In this document: positions 17,580-27,028 of the stretch, one piece after another
Layout: each line of letters opens with the position of its first letter
Position numbering within the stretch: position 1 is the stretch's first letter
Origin: a virus
Taxonomy: Duplodnaviria; Caudoviricetes
Virus record (IMG/VR): IMGVR_UViG_3300042851_000008
Location: 1 to 51,125 of that record
DNA: 51,125 nucleotides
Strand: one strand, 5' to 3'
The notes under the pieces: model-generated
The model's input: the letters and a program-made list of their open reading frames with translations, nothing else
The model's database searches: none
Told to the model about the DNA's origin: nothing
Position numbers and translations under genes: made by a program

Positions 17580-18052
17580 GCTACGACCCGGCCTCCACCC
17601 TCGACATCCTCGTCCCGGCAGTCGCGGCCGCGTTCGCCGCCAAGGTGCTCTCCGCCGGCGTGGCGGCCGTCGACCCGATCGAGGGGACCCGCGTGCCGAG
17701 GCAACTGCCCGCAGCCCAGCTCGTGCAGACGCAGATCACCGGAAGCCACGAGGACGAGACGGGCCCGATCGGCCTGACCGAATGGCGGATCAGCTGGCGC
17801 GTCGACCTCTACTTCCAGCTGAAGGACTACGAGGCCGCCTACGCCGAGCTCGGGGCGGTCGTGCCACGGATCCTTCATCTGCCGGTGCAGGAGCGTGCGG
17901 GTGACGGGGAGATCCTCCCGGACGCGGCCGGGAGCGGAACCTGCGACTGGTGGGTGATCGTCGATGCGGGCGACGACCCGAACCCCGGCGATGACCGGGA
18001 GTTGCTCGTGAAGAAGCTGGTGTTGCAGGCTGTGCTGACGACGCGGCCGTAA
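17576..18052 (+). CDS. Putative tail terminator
   Basis: Size, acidic character and position between neck and tail tube genes. Confidence 0.6.
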   Translation: MSYDPASTLDILVPAVAAAFAAKVLSAGVAAVDPIEGTRVPRQLPAAQLVQTQITGSHEDETGPIGLTEWRISWRVDLYFQLKDYEAAYAELGAVVPRILHLPVQERAGDGEILPDAAGSGTCDWWVIVDAGDDPNPGDDRELLVKKLVLQAVLTTRP

Positions 18053-18060
18053 ATCCGTTC

Positions 18061-18089
18061 TTGCACACGCCACTCGAACCTGCTACGTT
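18061..18089 (+). promoter_or_regulatory. Candidate sigma70-type promoter
   Basis: TTGCAC-N17-TACGTT at the start of a 416-bp intergenic gap. Confidence 0.5.
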
Positions 18090-18091
18090 CC

Positions 18092-18445
18092 CGCGCGTCC
18101 GTCGGAGGGTCGCCCCCGATGATGGACACGCAGTGACCGACTCGAAGGCCCGCGAGTACACCACTCAACGGATGTAGAGAAGGTGCTGGGAAGCTGGACG
18201 ACAAGGGTTCAGCTCGGAGCCGTGTAGCAAGCGGTCGCCGAGGAACCTCGCGCCCCGGTAAGAGGGGGGAAGGCAGCCAGCGACGGGACCTCAAGCCCCC
18301 GACACCCAGGCAGGACGCAGAGCTCATGCTAAAAGCCATGGTGAGCGTCCTTGAGGGTAGGCAACCCCTCCTGCGCCCCTTCGGGGGTGAGTCTCTGAAA
18401 CACGGAGGCTGACCCCCGAAGTCGGCTCGCCTCGCGCGCGGCGTC
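18092..18445 (+). ncRNA. Candidate ~350-nt structured ncRNA
   Basis: No credible ORF. Stems AGCTGGAC/GTTCAGCT, AGGACGC/GCGTCCT and a long hairpin at 18379-18421 (CTTCGGGGGT/ACCCCCGAAG). Confidence 0.5.
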
Positions 18446-18449
18446 CCCC

Positions 18450-18459
18450 GCCGATAGTC
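18450..18459 (+). promoter_or_regulatory. Late-promoter-like motif GCCGATAGTC
   Basis: 9 nt before ATG 18469. Confidence 0.7.
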
Positions 18460-18468
18460 CCCGCCTGA

Positions 18469-18702
18469 ATGGCGAAGCCGAAGACAGCCGCGTACGTGCT
18501 GCCCAAGGACGCATCCACGTCGGCCGAGCCGCAGCACTTTGGCGCCGCGTTTCCCGGTCTCCACACGCCTGGCGTGGGCAACGCTGTCGACGCTATCGGC
18601 GACGAGTCCTTCGGCGAGAGCGAGGCCGACGAGCGGATCAAAGCGCTCAGCCTGCCGCTCGAGAAGACCGGGGCGGCCCACCCTGCGGAGGGTGACGAGT
18701 AA
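18469..18702 (+). CDS. Hypothetical protein
   Basis: Follows the promoter motif; TAATG coupling to the tail tube gene. Confidence 0.7.
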   Translation: MAKPKTAAYVLPKDASTSAEPQHFGAAFPGLHTPGVGNAVDAIGDESFGESEADERIKALSLPLEKTGAAHPAEGDE

Positions 18703-19958
18703 TGGCGACGCTGTCTTCGTGCATCCAGCTCGCGCTCGAGGAATCCCCGCGCTACGAAGGCGCGGCCGCGACGACGCCTTACCGGGTCGGCACCGACGTC
18801 GGCTACCTCCCGATCACCTCCTGCGCGCTCAGCCCGGGCCCGTCATGGATCGACCGGTCGGACGAGATCCGCGCGATCGAAGGCGGAGTCGCGCAGCTGA
18901 TCGAAACCTACGACGTCGCCGGCAACATCGCGATCCGCAACTACCTCAACGCCCTCCCCTGGCTCTTGGTCTGCTCCGGTTTCACCGCGACACTCACCGC
19001 CGGCGGCGCGACCGTCGGCGACCCGGACACCACCACGGCGACCGGCGTGAACGCGCTGAACTCGACAACGCTCAACGTCGGCGACACCTCCCTGTTCCCC
19101 GCCTCCGGCAACGCGCTCCTCGGAGGCGTCTCGTTCACCTACACGGGCAAGACGTCCACGTCGTTCACCGGCTGCGGCAACCATGCCGCCACCACCGGTG
19201 GCGAGCTGATCAGCGGCAACATCCCGACCGGCGTGTCGAAGTGGGTGTTCACGAAACGTTCGGGCGTCGCGGCACGCACGATGCAGGTCCTCCAGAACTT
19301 CGTCGACGCGCAGACCGCCGCGAACAGCCTGTTCGTGAAAGCGCAAGGCGTCGGCGTCAGCGGCCTCTCCCTCACCTCGACCGGAGAAGTGTCCGCGGAT
19401 CTGATGGGCCTCGTGTACCTGACGCAGTCCGACCCGAACCTGACCCCGGCGTATGACACGCAGGCGATCCCGTTTGGCCGCCGCGGCGACATGACGTTGA
19501 CTTGGCTCGCCGGCTCCGCGATTTTCGACGACTTCTCGTTGGCGATCGCGAACAGCTTGATCAAGCACAGGTCGATGGGCGTCGCCTCGTATTTCCCGGA
19601 TACGATGTCGCAGGGCGACGACCGGGTCAGGATCACCGGGTCGGCGCCGAAGTACAACACGGCCGCAGCCGACATCGCCGCTGAGCTTGCCGGGACAACG
19701 TTCGCGGCTAAGGCCCGCTGGAAGCTCCCGAAGGTCGTCGGCGCCACGACGTACCCGTACTCGATGTGGTTCGAGATGCCGTCGTGTCAGTACACGGGTG
19801 GTGGCCCGGATGCGGTCACGAACGCCCGCCGCCGCGGCTCCTCCTTTGATTTCTGGGCGGCGTGGGACGAGACGGCCGGGTACGACTGCCGCATCACCAT
19901 CGCGAACGCGCTCACGTCGATGGGCGCCCCGTTCAACTCCACGAACGTCGGGCTCTGA
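18702..19958 (+). CDS. Major tail tube protein (with inserted domain)
   Basis: IQLALEESPRYEG start, DDFSLAIANSL, RVRITGS; lies before the chaperone and tape measure genes. Confidence 0.8.
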   Translation: MATLSSCIQLALEESPRYEGAAATTPYRVGTDVGYLPITSCALSPGPSWIDRSDEIRAIEGGVAQLIETYDVAGNIAIRNYLNALPWLLVCSGFTATLTAGGATVGDPDTTTATGVNALNSTTLNVGDTSLFPASGNALLGGVSFTYTGKTSTSFTGCGNHAATTGGELISGNIPTGVSKWVFTKRSGVAARTMQVLQNFVDAQTAANSLFVKAQGVGVSGLSLTSTGEVSADLMGLVYLTQSDPNLTPAYDTQAIPFGRRGDMTLTWLAGSAIFDDFSLAIANSLIKHRSMGVASYFPDTMSQGDDRVRITGSAPKYNTAAADIAAELAGTTFAAKARWKLPKVVGATTYPYSMWFEMPSCQYTGGGPDAVTNARRRGSSFDFWAAWDETAGYDCRITIANALTSMGAPFNSTNVGL

Positions 19959-20152
19959 TGCTGATCTCGACTTTGCCCGGCTTCGAGCTCACGACCGATG
20001 GGCGCATCGTCTACACCGGTCCGCGCTTCGACAACTGCGCGGCAGGCGCCTATCCGGTCATCGTTCCGTTCCAGTTCGTGGACAACGCTGCGGCGGTTCC
20101 TCAGCCGAAGTTCCCGTCTCCCGCGAACAACGCCGTAGCGCAGGGCTGGTAG
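19958..20152 (+). CDS. Hypothetical protein
   Basis: TGATG-coupled ATG at 19958. Confidence 0.55.
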   Translation: MLISTLPGFELTTDGRIVYTGPRFDNCAAGAYPVIVPFQFVDNAAAVPQPKFPSPANNAVAQGW

Positions 20153-20156
20153 TCCG

Positions 20157-20390
20157 GTGGCCGAGGTCGCTGAGCGGCAGGAGCGAGCGCACTACCCGGA
20201 CGTCGAGGTTCACGTCGAGACGCACGAGCAGCCGCAGACCGACGGAGAAGCCGACTTCCCGCGCAGAATCTTCGTGGACGGTCAACTCTGGCCTGTCCTC
20301 GGGTTCACCTACGAGATCACGAACGAGCGACACGGCGCGGTAATCACCCTGAAGGTCCGCGGCAAAGTTCGGATCGTCGAGGACGAGTAG
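20157..20390 (+). CDS. Hypothetical protein
   Basis: Fills the operon gap; protein-like composition. Confidence 0.6.
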   Translation: MAEVAERQERAHYPDVEVHVETHEQPQTDGEADFPRRIFVDGQLWPVLGFTYEITNERHGAVITLKVRGKVRIVEDE

Positions 20391-20394
20391 CGCC

Positions 20395-20580
20395 GTGTCT
20401 CGGTGGGTGAAGCGGCGCCTGGCCCGCTGGCTCGCGCCAGAGATCCGCGCCGAACTCATCCGCGAGGCCGGAGTCATGGGTCTCGGCTCGCAGATCTACT
20501 ACGCGTCCTCCGGCTTCCCCGGCGCCATCACCTTCAGCGGCGGTGGCGGTGGCATCGGCGGGTTGAAGAACGATGGCTGA
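20395..20580 (+). CDS. Hypothetical protein
   Basis: Fills the operon gap. Confidence 0.5.
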   Translation: MSRWVKRRLARWLAPEIRAELIREAGVMGLGSQIYYASSGFPGAITFSGGGGGIGGLKNDG

Positions 20581-21187
20581 TCCGGTCACCCTCAACTTCA
20601 AGGAACGCCGCCGCCCCCTCATCATCCTCCAGCTCGACGAGGGCGACTTCGAGATCGACCCGAACCTCGAAGTCGAGGACATCGGCGAGGGAGCGGTAGC
20701 CGAGGAGGCCGTCAACCGGGCGTTCGCCGCGCTCGCACAGATGGACATTCGAGACAAGCAGTCGATCAAAGCCGCCCGCTCCGACGCCAAAGCCGCCGCC
20801 GCGATCGCCGGAGACTTCATCCACTACCTGATCAAGCAGCGGCAGCCGAAAGCGAAGAAGCCACGCCTCGGCGGCCACGAGATCCTCGAGATCTTCCAGG
20901 TCGTCTCCGGCAACAAGGACGGCTTCAGCGGCGAGGTCATTGAGGCGCTGACGACGCTGCTGGCGAACACCGAGGCCGAGCTCGCCGCCGCCGCAGCCGC
21001 GCACACGACGGAGGGCGAGGATGAGCAGGAGGGTGAGCAGGGCGACCCTTTAGCCTCGAAGAAGCCCTCACGCAAACGATCCTCGCGCTCGGCCGGCGAC
21101 ACCAGTGGGGGCCGTTCTACTGGCAAGGGCTCCCGTGGCGCGTCTTCAAAGCGTACGTCGCCGCAGCCCGAACCAGCGACGGTGTAA
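20573..21187 (+). CDS. Tail assembly chaperone (gpG-like)
   Basis: Upstream of tape measure; contains the slippery heptamer C CCT TTA. Confidence 0.75.
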   Translation: MADPVTLNFKERRRPLIILQLDEGDFEIDPNLEVEDIGEGAVAEEAVNRAFAALAQMDIRDKQSIKAARSDAKAAAAIAGDFIHYLIKQRQPKAKKPRLGGHEILEIFQVVSGNKDGFSGEVIEALTTLLANTEAELAAAAAAHTTEGEDEQEGEQGDPLASKKPSRKRSSRSAGDTSGGRSTGKGSRGASSKRTSPQPEPATV

Positions 21188-21333
21188 CGGTGCCCGGCGA
21201 GTCCGGGCCGGAGCCGTTGACCGCCTTCGGCCCTGACGGGTCGCCGTTCGCGATTCGGCATGGGGAGCCGCCGCCGCGCGGCTTGTTGAACCTGTTGCGG
21301 AACGCGCAGGGCGGCATCGGCGGGGACATGTGA
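21046..21333 (+). CDS. -1 frameshift extension of the tail chaperone (gpT-like)
   Basis: CCCTTTA at 21046-21052 is in the correct phase. The -1 frame reads FSLEEALTQTILALGRRHQWGPFYWQGLPWRVFKAY... to TGA 21333, which overlaps the tape measure ATG. Confidence 0.75.
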   Translation, partial: PFSLEEALTQTILALGRRHQWGPFYWQGLPWRVFKAYVAAARTSDGVTVPGESGPEPLTAFGPDGSPFAIRHGEPPPRGLLNLLRNAQGGIGGDM

Positions 21334-24300
21334 TGTCGGCTCCCGAGCGCGTCTACATCAAGATGGGCGGGGACGAGCGGGACCTCGTCCGGGCCGCGAA
21401 GAAATCGGATGAGGCGCTCGCGCAGATGGTCACGCGGGCCGAGCAAGTCACGAAGACCACCGTCGAGGGCGCCGCCCGGGAGAGGCAAGCACGGGAGCAG
21501 CTGCTGCACGGGTATCGGGCGCAGGCGCAGGCGGCGGAGCGCGGGTCAGCGCAACAGGCGGCCGCGTTGCAGCTTGTGCAGCGGGAGGAGCGGAAACTCG
21601 GGGTCGAGACGGCGGAGAACACCCGCCGGATGAACCTGTTCGGCCATTCGATCGACAGGTCCGCGCGTGGCGCGATCGCCGGGTCGGGCGCGTTCCGAAG
21701 CATGGGCCGGTCGCTGGTGTTCGCGTCGACGGCGTTCCTCGGGGCGGCCGGGTTCACCACCGTCATTCGCCAGTCGATCACCGCCGCCTCGGATCTGCAC
21801 GAGCAGGTCAACAAGTCGAACGTCGTGTTCCGCGACAACGCCGGCGTGATCCGTGCCTGGGCGAAAACCACGGCGACCAGCCTCGGCCTCGCAGACGCGG
21901 AAGCGATCAAGTTCGCCGGCACGTTCGGGAACATGCTGATCCCGATGGGCATCGCGCCCAGGCGGGCGGCGACGATGAGCGTCGCGCTCGTGAAGCTGGC
22001 GGCGGACATGGCGTCGTTCAACAACATCCCCGTCGACGTCGCGCTCGAGAAGATCCAGTCCGGCCTAGCCGGGATGCCGAGGCCGTTGCGTGAGGTTGGC
22101 GTGTTCCTCGACCAGACCCGCATCAAGGCGGAGGCCCTGACGTCCGGCCTGGTGAAGGGGAACGTGGATCTCGGGAAGGTCCGGGACGCTGAGACACAGG
22201 TGGCTATCGCGACGGCGAACCTGGCCGAGGCGCAGAAGAAGTACGGGGAAGGGTCGACGCAGGTCGCGTCGGCGACGGTCACCTTGCACAAGGCTCAGGG
22301 CGCTCTAAAGGACGCAGTCGGCGGAACGATCCCGCCGCTCACGACCGCCCAGAAGACGATGGCGGCCTACCAGATCATCATGAAAGACACCGCCATCCAG
22401 CACGGCGACTTCGCCCGCACCAGCGACGGGCTCGCGAACCGGCTGCGGATCTTGCACGCGCAGGTGCAGGAGCTCGAGGCGTCGTTGGGTGAGGCGCTGA
22501 TGCCGACCGTGCTGGAGGTCATCGGTGGCATGACCGACTGGCTCGGCCAGACCGAGAACCAGGAGCGCGTCACGAAGGATCTGCATTTGGCGGTCGATGC
22601 GGTCACTACGACGCTTGACGGTCTTGTCGGCGTCGTCAGGACAGTCGACAAGGTCACGGGCGGGTTCAAGCAGACGATGGAGCTGCTGATCGGCTTGTCG
22701 GTCGCGTCGAAGCTCTTGAAGTGGGCCGCCGCGTTTGACGTGCTCGGCGCGTCCGCTGGGGGCGGCGTCGGCGCTACAGGGAAGGTGACGCGACTCCACG
22801 GTGCGTTGCGTGGTCTCGCCGCGATGGGGGCGGTCACGATTCTGATCGAAGTGCTGCTGAACAAGAAGGCGATCGACAACATCGGCAACCAGCTCGACGG
22901 GATCCTCAACGACGCGTTCAGCCACATCCCCGGCTTCAAGGGGTCGTGGCTGCACGGGAAGCTCACCGACACCGGAGTGTTCGGCAACACCGGCACCGCC
23001 GCGCAGCGTCCCGGTGCCGGTGCGCAGTCGGCTCAGCAGGGAATGCCCGCCCAGAAGGCCAGCCGGGCGCAGCAGAGCCTGGTCGCGACCGCAGAGAAGG
23101 TCGGTGTCGGCTCCGGCATCACCTACGTCTGGGGCGGCGCTAGCCCGCAGAGCGGCTTCGACTGCAGCGGCTACCTCCAGTGGGTGTACGCGCAGCACGG
23201 CATCAAGATCCCGCACAACACCGTCGCCCAGTTCAACGACCCGAACGCGATCATCGTCCCGTCCGGCCAGGAGCAGCCCGGCGACGGCGTCTACTTCGAA
23301 ACCAGCGGCCCCGGCGCGCGGCCGCAGCATGTCGGCTTCTACCTCGGCGGCGGCCGCTTCATCGAATACTTCTCAAAGGGGAAGCCGGCGAAGTACAACA
23401 CGATCGCGGCGAAGGGCGGCTACATGGGTGCGCGCCGCTGGCTCAAAGTCCAGGCCACCACCGGCGGCGGAGACACGGGCGGAACGGGAGCCGGGGCCGG
23501 CGCCGGCGCAGGGACGGGTCTGCACGTCGGTGCAACGCCCAAGAAGGCCACCGGGGTCGCTCTCGTGCCTCTGGCTCTAACCGAGGGCCTGGAGCGCGCC
23601 AAGCTCACGAGAACGCTCGACGACGACCTCGCCGCCCTCGAGAAGATCAACACGTACCTAACCAAGCGGGTCAAGGGCGAAAAGGACCGCAAGAAGCGGA
23701 TCGAGCTGCTGAAGGAACTCGTGTCCGTTCGCGGCCAGATCGCCGGGCTGCACAAGCGGATCAAGCCTGCACCGACAGCGGCGGCGGTCGGGGACGAGCT
23801 GAGCCAACTCACCGGCTACATCTCGGGGCTGCCCGATGATCTCCGCGCCGACCTCGCCCCGAAACTCGCCGCGGTCGGGAAGCTATTCGAGAAGATGGTC
23901 ACGGCCGAGAACCGCCGGAACGTGATGAAGGAGCTCGGCAAGCTCAAGACCGAGGTCATCAAGCAGCTGCAGACCTTCGAGGACGCGGCGTGGGCGTCGA
24001 TTCGCGACACGATCCTGAAAGCCTATGACGAGCAGGTCGTCAACCGGGTCGCGAACAACCGGGCGTTCATCTCGACGCAGCTGACGCAGGCGCAGGCCGC
24101 GAAGAAGGCAGACCGCGCCCGCGGGCAGATCGCCACCGCCGGCGCTGCGGGTCTCACCCCGGCGATGCAGACGATCAAGGAGAAGGGCGATGCCGTCCTG
24201 GACGCGTGGGAGAACGTGTTCGCCGCCACGGCCGGGTCGGTTGCAAGCAACACCGATGAGATGCAGCGGGCGGCCGGAAAGCTCGCGGAGGCACAAAACC

Positions 24301-24941
24301 AGTTCGAGGGGATCAGCGGTGACCTGACCGACGCCGAACAGGCGTACCTCGCCGCCTACCAAGCGCTGATCGAGGCGAAGCAGACGCTCGGCGAGGGGAT
24401 CCTCGACAAGTGGCAGAAGACCACCGAGCAGCAGGCGCAGCTGAAGCGGAAGAGCGTCGAGAAGCAGCTCACCAAGGTGTACGCCGATCTGCGAGCCGGG
24501 AAGATCACGGTCACGCAGGCGCAGCAGCAGCTGTCCGACATCCTCGCGTCGGTCGGGCTGACCCTGGCGGACCTCGGCGACGCCCTCGACAACACGGACC
24601 TGCAAAACGCGCTGGCGGACTTGACGTCGGCGATCCAGTCGTTGACGCAGCTGCTCGGCGGCGGCGGCGGCCCGTCGGGGCCGGATCCGCGGGCGACTCC
24701 GGCACCCGGCCGTCCGGGCGGTGTCCAGGCCCCGGAGGTTTACCCGTCGCAGCTCGTTGGCGGCGGCGGCGCGCAAGTTGCGCCGATCATCGTGAACGTG
24801 TACGCGTCGGCTGGTGAGGTGCGCATGGATGGCGCCCCGGTCGGTGTCATCACGGCACCGACGGTCGTGACTGAGATCGCGAAGCTCGGCTCGGTCAACG
24901 GCGGGACCGTGCCCGGCTGGCGCGGTGTGGTGACCCCGTGA
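21333..24941 (+). CDS. Tape measure protein with NlpC/P60 peptidase domain
   Basis: ~1200-aa helical protein with ASDLHEQVNKSNVVF, LAADMASFNN and YVWGG...FDCSG...HVGFYLGGG. Confidence 0.93.
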   Translation: MSAPERVYIKMGGDERDLVRAAKKSDEALAQMVTRAEQVTKTTVEGAARERQAREQLLHGYRAQAQAAERGSAQQAAALQLVQREERKLGVETAENTRRMNLFGHSIDRSARGAIAGSGAFRSMGRSLVFASTAFLGAAGFTTVIRQSITAASDLHEQVNKSNVVFRDNAGVIRAWAKTTATSLGLADAEAIKFAGTFGNMLIPMGIAPRRAATMSVALVKLAADMASFNNIPVDVALEKIQSGLAGMPRPLREVGVFLDQTRIKAEALTSGLVKGNVDLGKVRDAETQVAIATANLAEAQKKYGEGSTQVASATVTLHKAQGALKDAVGGTIPPLTTAQKTMAAYQIIMKDTAIQHGDFARTSDGLANRLRILHAQVQELEASLGEALMPTVLEVIGGMTDWLGQTENQERVTKDLHLAVDAVTTTLDGLVGVVRTVDKVTGGFKQTMELLIGLSVASKLLKWAAAFDVLGASAGGGVGATGKVTRLHGALRGLAAMGAVTILIEVLLNKKAIDNIGNQLDGILNDAFSHIPGFKGSWLHGKLTDTGVFGNTGTAAQRPGAGAQSAQQGMPAQKASRAQQSLVATAEKVGVGSGITYVWGGASPQSGFDCSGYLQWVYAQHGIKIPHNTVAQFNDPNAIIVPSGQEQPGDGVYFETSGPGARPQHVGFYLGGGRFIEYFSKGKPAKYNTIAAKGGYMGARRWLKVQATTGGGDTGGTGAGAGAGAGTGLHVGATPKKATGVALVPLALTEGLERAKLTRTLDDDLAALEKINTYLTKRVKGEKDRKKRIELLKELVSVRGQIAGLHKRIKPAPTAAAVGDELSQLTGYISGLPDDLRADLAPKLAAVGKLFEKMVTAENRRNVMKELGKLKTEVIKQLQTFEDAAWASIRDTILKAYDEQVVNRVANNRAFISTQLTQAQAAKKADRARGQIATAGAAGLTPAMQTIKEKGDAVLDAWENVFAATAGSVASNTDEMQRAAGKLAEAQNQFEGISGDLTDAEQAYLAAYQALIEAKQTLGEGILDKWQKTTEQQAQLKRKSVEKQLTKVYADLRAGKITVTQAQQQLSDILASVGLTLADLGDALDNTDLQNALADLTSAIQSLTQLLGGGGGPSGPDPRATPAPGRPGGVQAPEVYPSQLVGGGGAQVAPIIVNVYASAGEVRMDGAPVGVITAPTVVTEIAKLGSVNGGTVPGWRGVVTP

Positions 24942-24946
24942 CCGGA

Positions 24947-25720
24947 CTAACTCTTGCGGAGCACGATCAGCGGATACGCGGCGATCTGGACGGTCACGGC
25001 GGGCAGCCGCTCCTCGAGCGTTGTCACGGCGCGGAGCACGGGGGCGAGCGCCCGCTCGGGGATCTTGCCGCTCTGGTCATGCCTGAGCACCGCGAACGGC
25101 AGAACCGTGACGGCGGCGACGCCGGCGAAGCGGCGCCACCAGCGGAGCGGGTGCGAGTAGACATACAGGCTCGGGGGTGGCTGGCCGCGCAGCCGGCGTT
25201 TGACCGGCCGCAGCAGCGCCCGGAGCGGCGCGAGCGGATCGTGCGTGTAGACGATCAGCACTGGCGCGCCCGGGCGTGTGACTCGGAGCATTTCCCGGAC
25301 GGCCCGGTCCTGGCCGGCGGCGCCGACGTGGTAGAGGACGTGCGAGGACACGGCGGCGTCGAAGTGGTCGTCAGGGAACGGCAGCTCGAGCAGGCTGGCC
25401 TGCACGTACTCGCCACGGGCGCCGAGACGTGCTTGGGCGCCTTCCAATGCGCGGGCGGAGATGTCGACACAAACGTGCCGGTCGAACCGCTGCCCGTACT
25501 CGACGTATTCGGGCAGCTGCACCGGACCGGAGCCGGCGTCGAGCAGCCGCTTCCCCGAGGCGGGGAGATGGGCGAGGAGCCTGCGGCGGGTCAGCGTGCC
25601 GTACGCGCGGGCGGCAGGTCGGGGGTCGGTGAAGAGCCGCTCGTCGACGGTGCGGCCGTCGGCGTCGACGGCCCAGCCTTCCTGGTCGTAGAAGTCGCGG
25701 ATCGAGTCCTCAACCGTCAC
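24947..25720 (-). CDS. Class I SAM-dependent methyltransferase (moron, antisense to the tail operon)
   Basis: LLDAGSG, CVDIS, LPFPDDHFDAAVSSHVLYHV, EMLRVTRPG. GTG 25720 chosen as start to avoid overlap with the next gene. Confidence 0.88.
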   Translation of the reverse strand: MTVEDSIRDFYDQEGWAVDADGRTVDERLFTDPRPAARAYGTLTRRRLLAHLPASGKRLLDAGSGPVQLPEYVEYGQRFDRHVCVDISARALEGAQARLGARGEYVQASLLELPFPDDHFDAAVSSHVLYHVGAAGQDRAVREMLRVTRPGAPVLIVYTHDPLAPLRALLRPVKRRLRGQPPPSLYVYSHPLRWWRRFAGVAAVTVLPFAVLRHDQSGKIPERALAPVLRAVTTLEERLPAVTVQIAAYPLIVLRKS

Positions 25721-25734
25721 CGGATCGGAGTCTA

Positions 25735-26805
25735 GTGGCAACGAAATTCTTTTTGACGGATGCGGCGCCGTCGACGCTGACGCTCGGCACGGGGACACGC
25801 GCCTGCGACATCGCGGCCGGGTCGGCGCAGGTGAACTCGGACGCGACCGCCACCGCTCTCGGTCCGACCACGCTCAACGTCAAGAAGGGCGGCCAGCAGC
25901 TGCTCTGGACGTCGAAGCCGGTGAACGCGTTCACGATCAACGGGACGCTCACATTGAACATCTGGATGCTCGAGTCGAACTTGGCAGCGAACGCGGGCGC
26001 GCGGGTGTCGGTCGACATTTTCAACCAGGCCGGCGTCTTTCTTAGCAACGTGATCGGCTCGTCGAAGGGAACCGAGCTCCCGACGACGGTGGCGGCGCAG
26101 AACTGGACGCAGGTGCCGTCCGGCGGCGGCGGGATCGCCGTCCCGCAGGGCGCGATCATCGTCATCTCATTGGCCTTCGCCGACGCGGGCGGCACAATGG
26201 CCGCCGGCAACACGGTCACCGGCTCCTACAGCGGCCCCACCGGCGGCGCGAACGGCGACTCGTACGTGACGTTCGTGGAGAACATCACCTTCGTCTCGAG
26301 CGGGGCACCTGCGAACACGACGCCGCCATCGATCACCGGCACCCCCCAGGTCGGCAGCCTGCTCGTCGCGAACAACGGCGCCTGGACGGGCGACCCCACT
26401 TTCGCCTACCAGTGGAACAACAACGGTACTCCGATCAGCGGGGCGATCGCGTCGACGTACACGCCGGTCACGAACGACCTGGCCGACAACCTCACGGTCA
26501 CCGTCACGGGCACGAACGCGAGCGGCTCCGCGGCGGCAACCTCGGCGGCGGTAGGCCCGGTCACGGCCGCCTCCACCGGCAACACGGTGGCGCCCGTGGT
26601 GTCCGGTTCGGTCACGGTCGGCGGTGTCCTCAGCTGCACGACAGGCACCTGGTCGCCGACCCCGTCGAGCTTCGCCTACCAGTGGCAGACCTCCGCGGAC
26701 GGGGCGACGAATTGGACGAACATCGCCGGGGCGGCCGTCAACACGTACACGGTGCAAGCCGGGAACGTGGGCCTGTACATCCGCTGCGCGGTGACGGCCA
26801 GCTAG
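25735..26805 (+). CDS. Minor tail protein with two Ig-like repeats
   Basis: PANTTPPSITGTPQVG...FAYQW and NTVAPVVSG...FAYQW. Confidence 0.8.
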   Translation: MATKFFLTDAAPSTLTLGTGTRACDIAAGSAQVNSDATATALGPTTLNVKKGGQQLLWTSKPVNAFTINGTLTLNIWMLESNLAANAGARVSVDIFNQAGVFLSNVIGSSKGTELPTTVAAQNWTQVPSGGGGIAVPQGAIIVISLAFADAGGTMAAGNTVTGSYSGPTGGANGDSYVTFVENITFVSSGAPANTTPPSITGTPQVGSLLVANNGAWTGDPTFAYQWNNNGTPISGAIASTYTPVTNDLADNLTVTVTGTNASGSAAATSAAVGPVTAASTGNTVAPVVSGSVTVGGVLSCTTGTWSPTPSSFAYQWQTSADGATNWTNIAGAAVNTYTVQAGNVGLYIRCAVTAS

Positions 26806-26827
26806 CCGGATGGCCGCGTCGGGAACC

Positions 26828-27010
26828 TCAAGGGCGATCCTGTCCGCCCCAGCGAACTATGGCCGCTGGGGCTATCGGCGTGTGGACGCCGAAATGAGCC
26901 TCGGGCTCTGCACGGTCGGGGATCGCGTTCAAGTCTTGCGCCACGTAGGCGACGATTCCCTCGTAGGTCTTGCCGTCGATCTCGAAGCGGACGGGTTGGC
27001 CCTCATGCAT
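26828..27010 (-). CDS. Small hypothetical protein (antisense)
   Basis: MHEGQPVRFEIDGKTYEGIVAYV is beta-rich and protein-like; an alternative + ORF spans 26810-27025. Confidence 0.5.
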   Translation of the reverse strand: MHEGQPVRFEIDGKTYEGIVAYVAQDLNAIPDRAEPEAHFGVHTPIAPAAIVRWGGQDRP

Positions 27011-27028
27011 CGCGGAGTAGCTTAGCCG

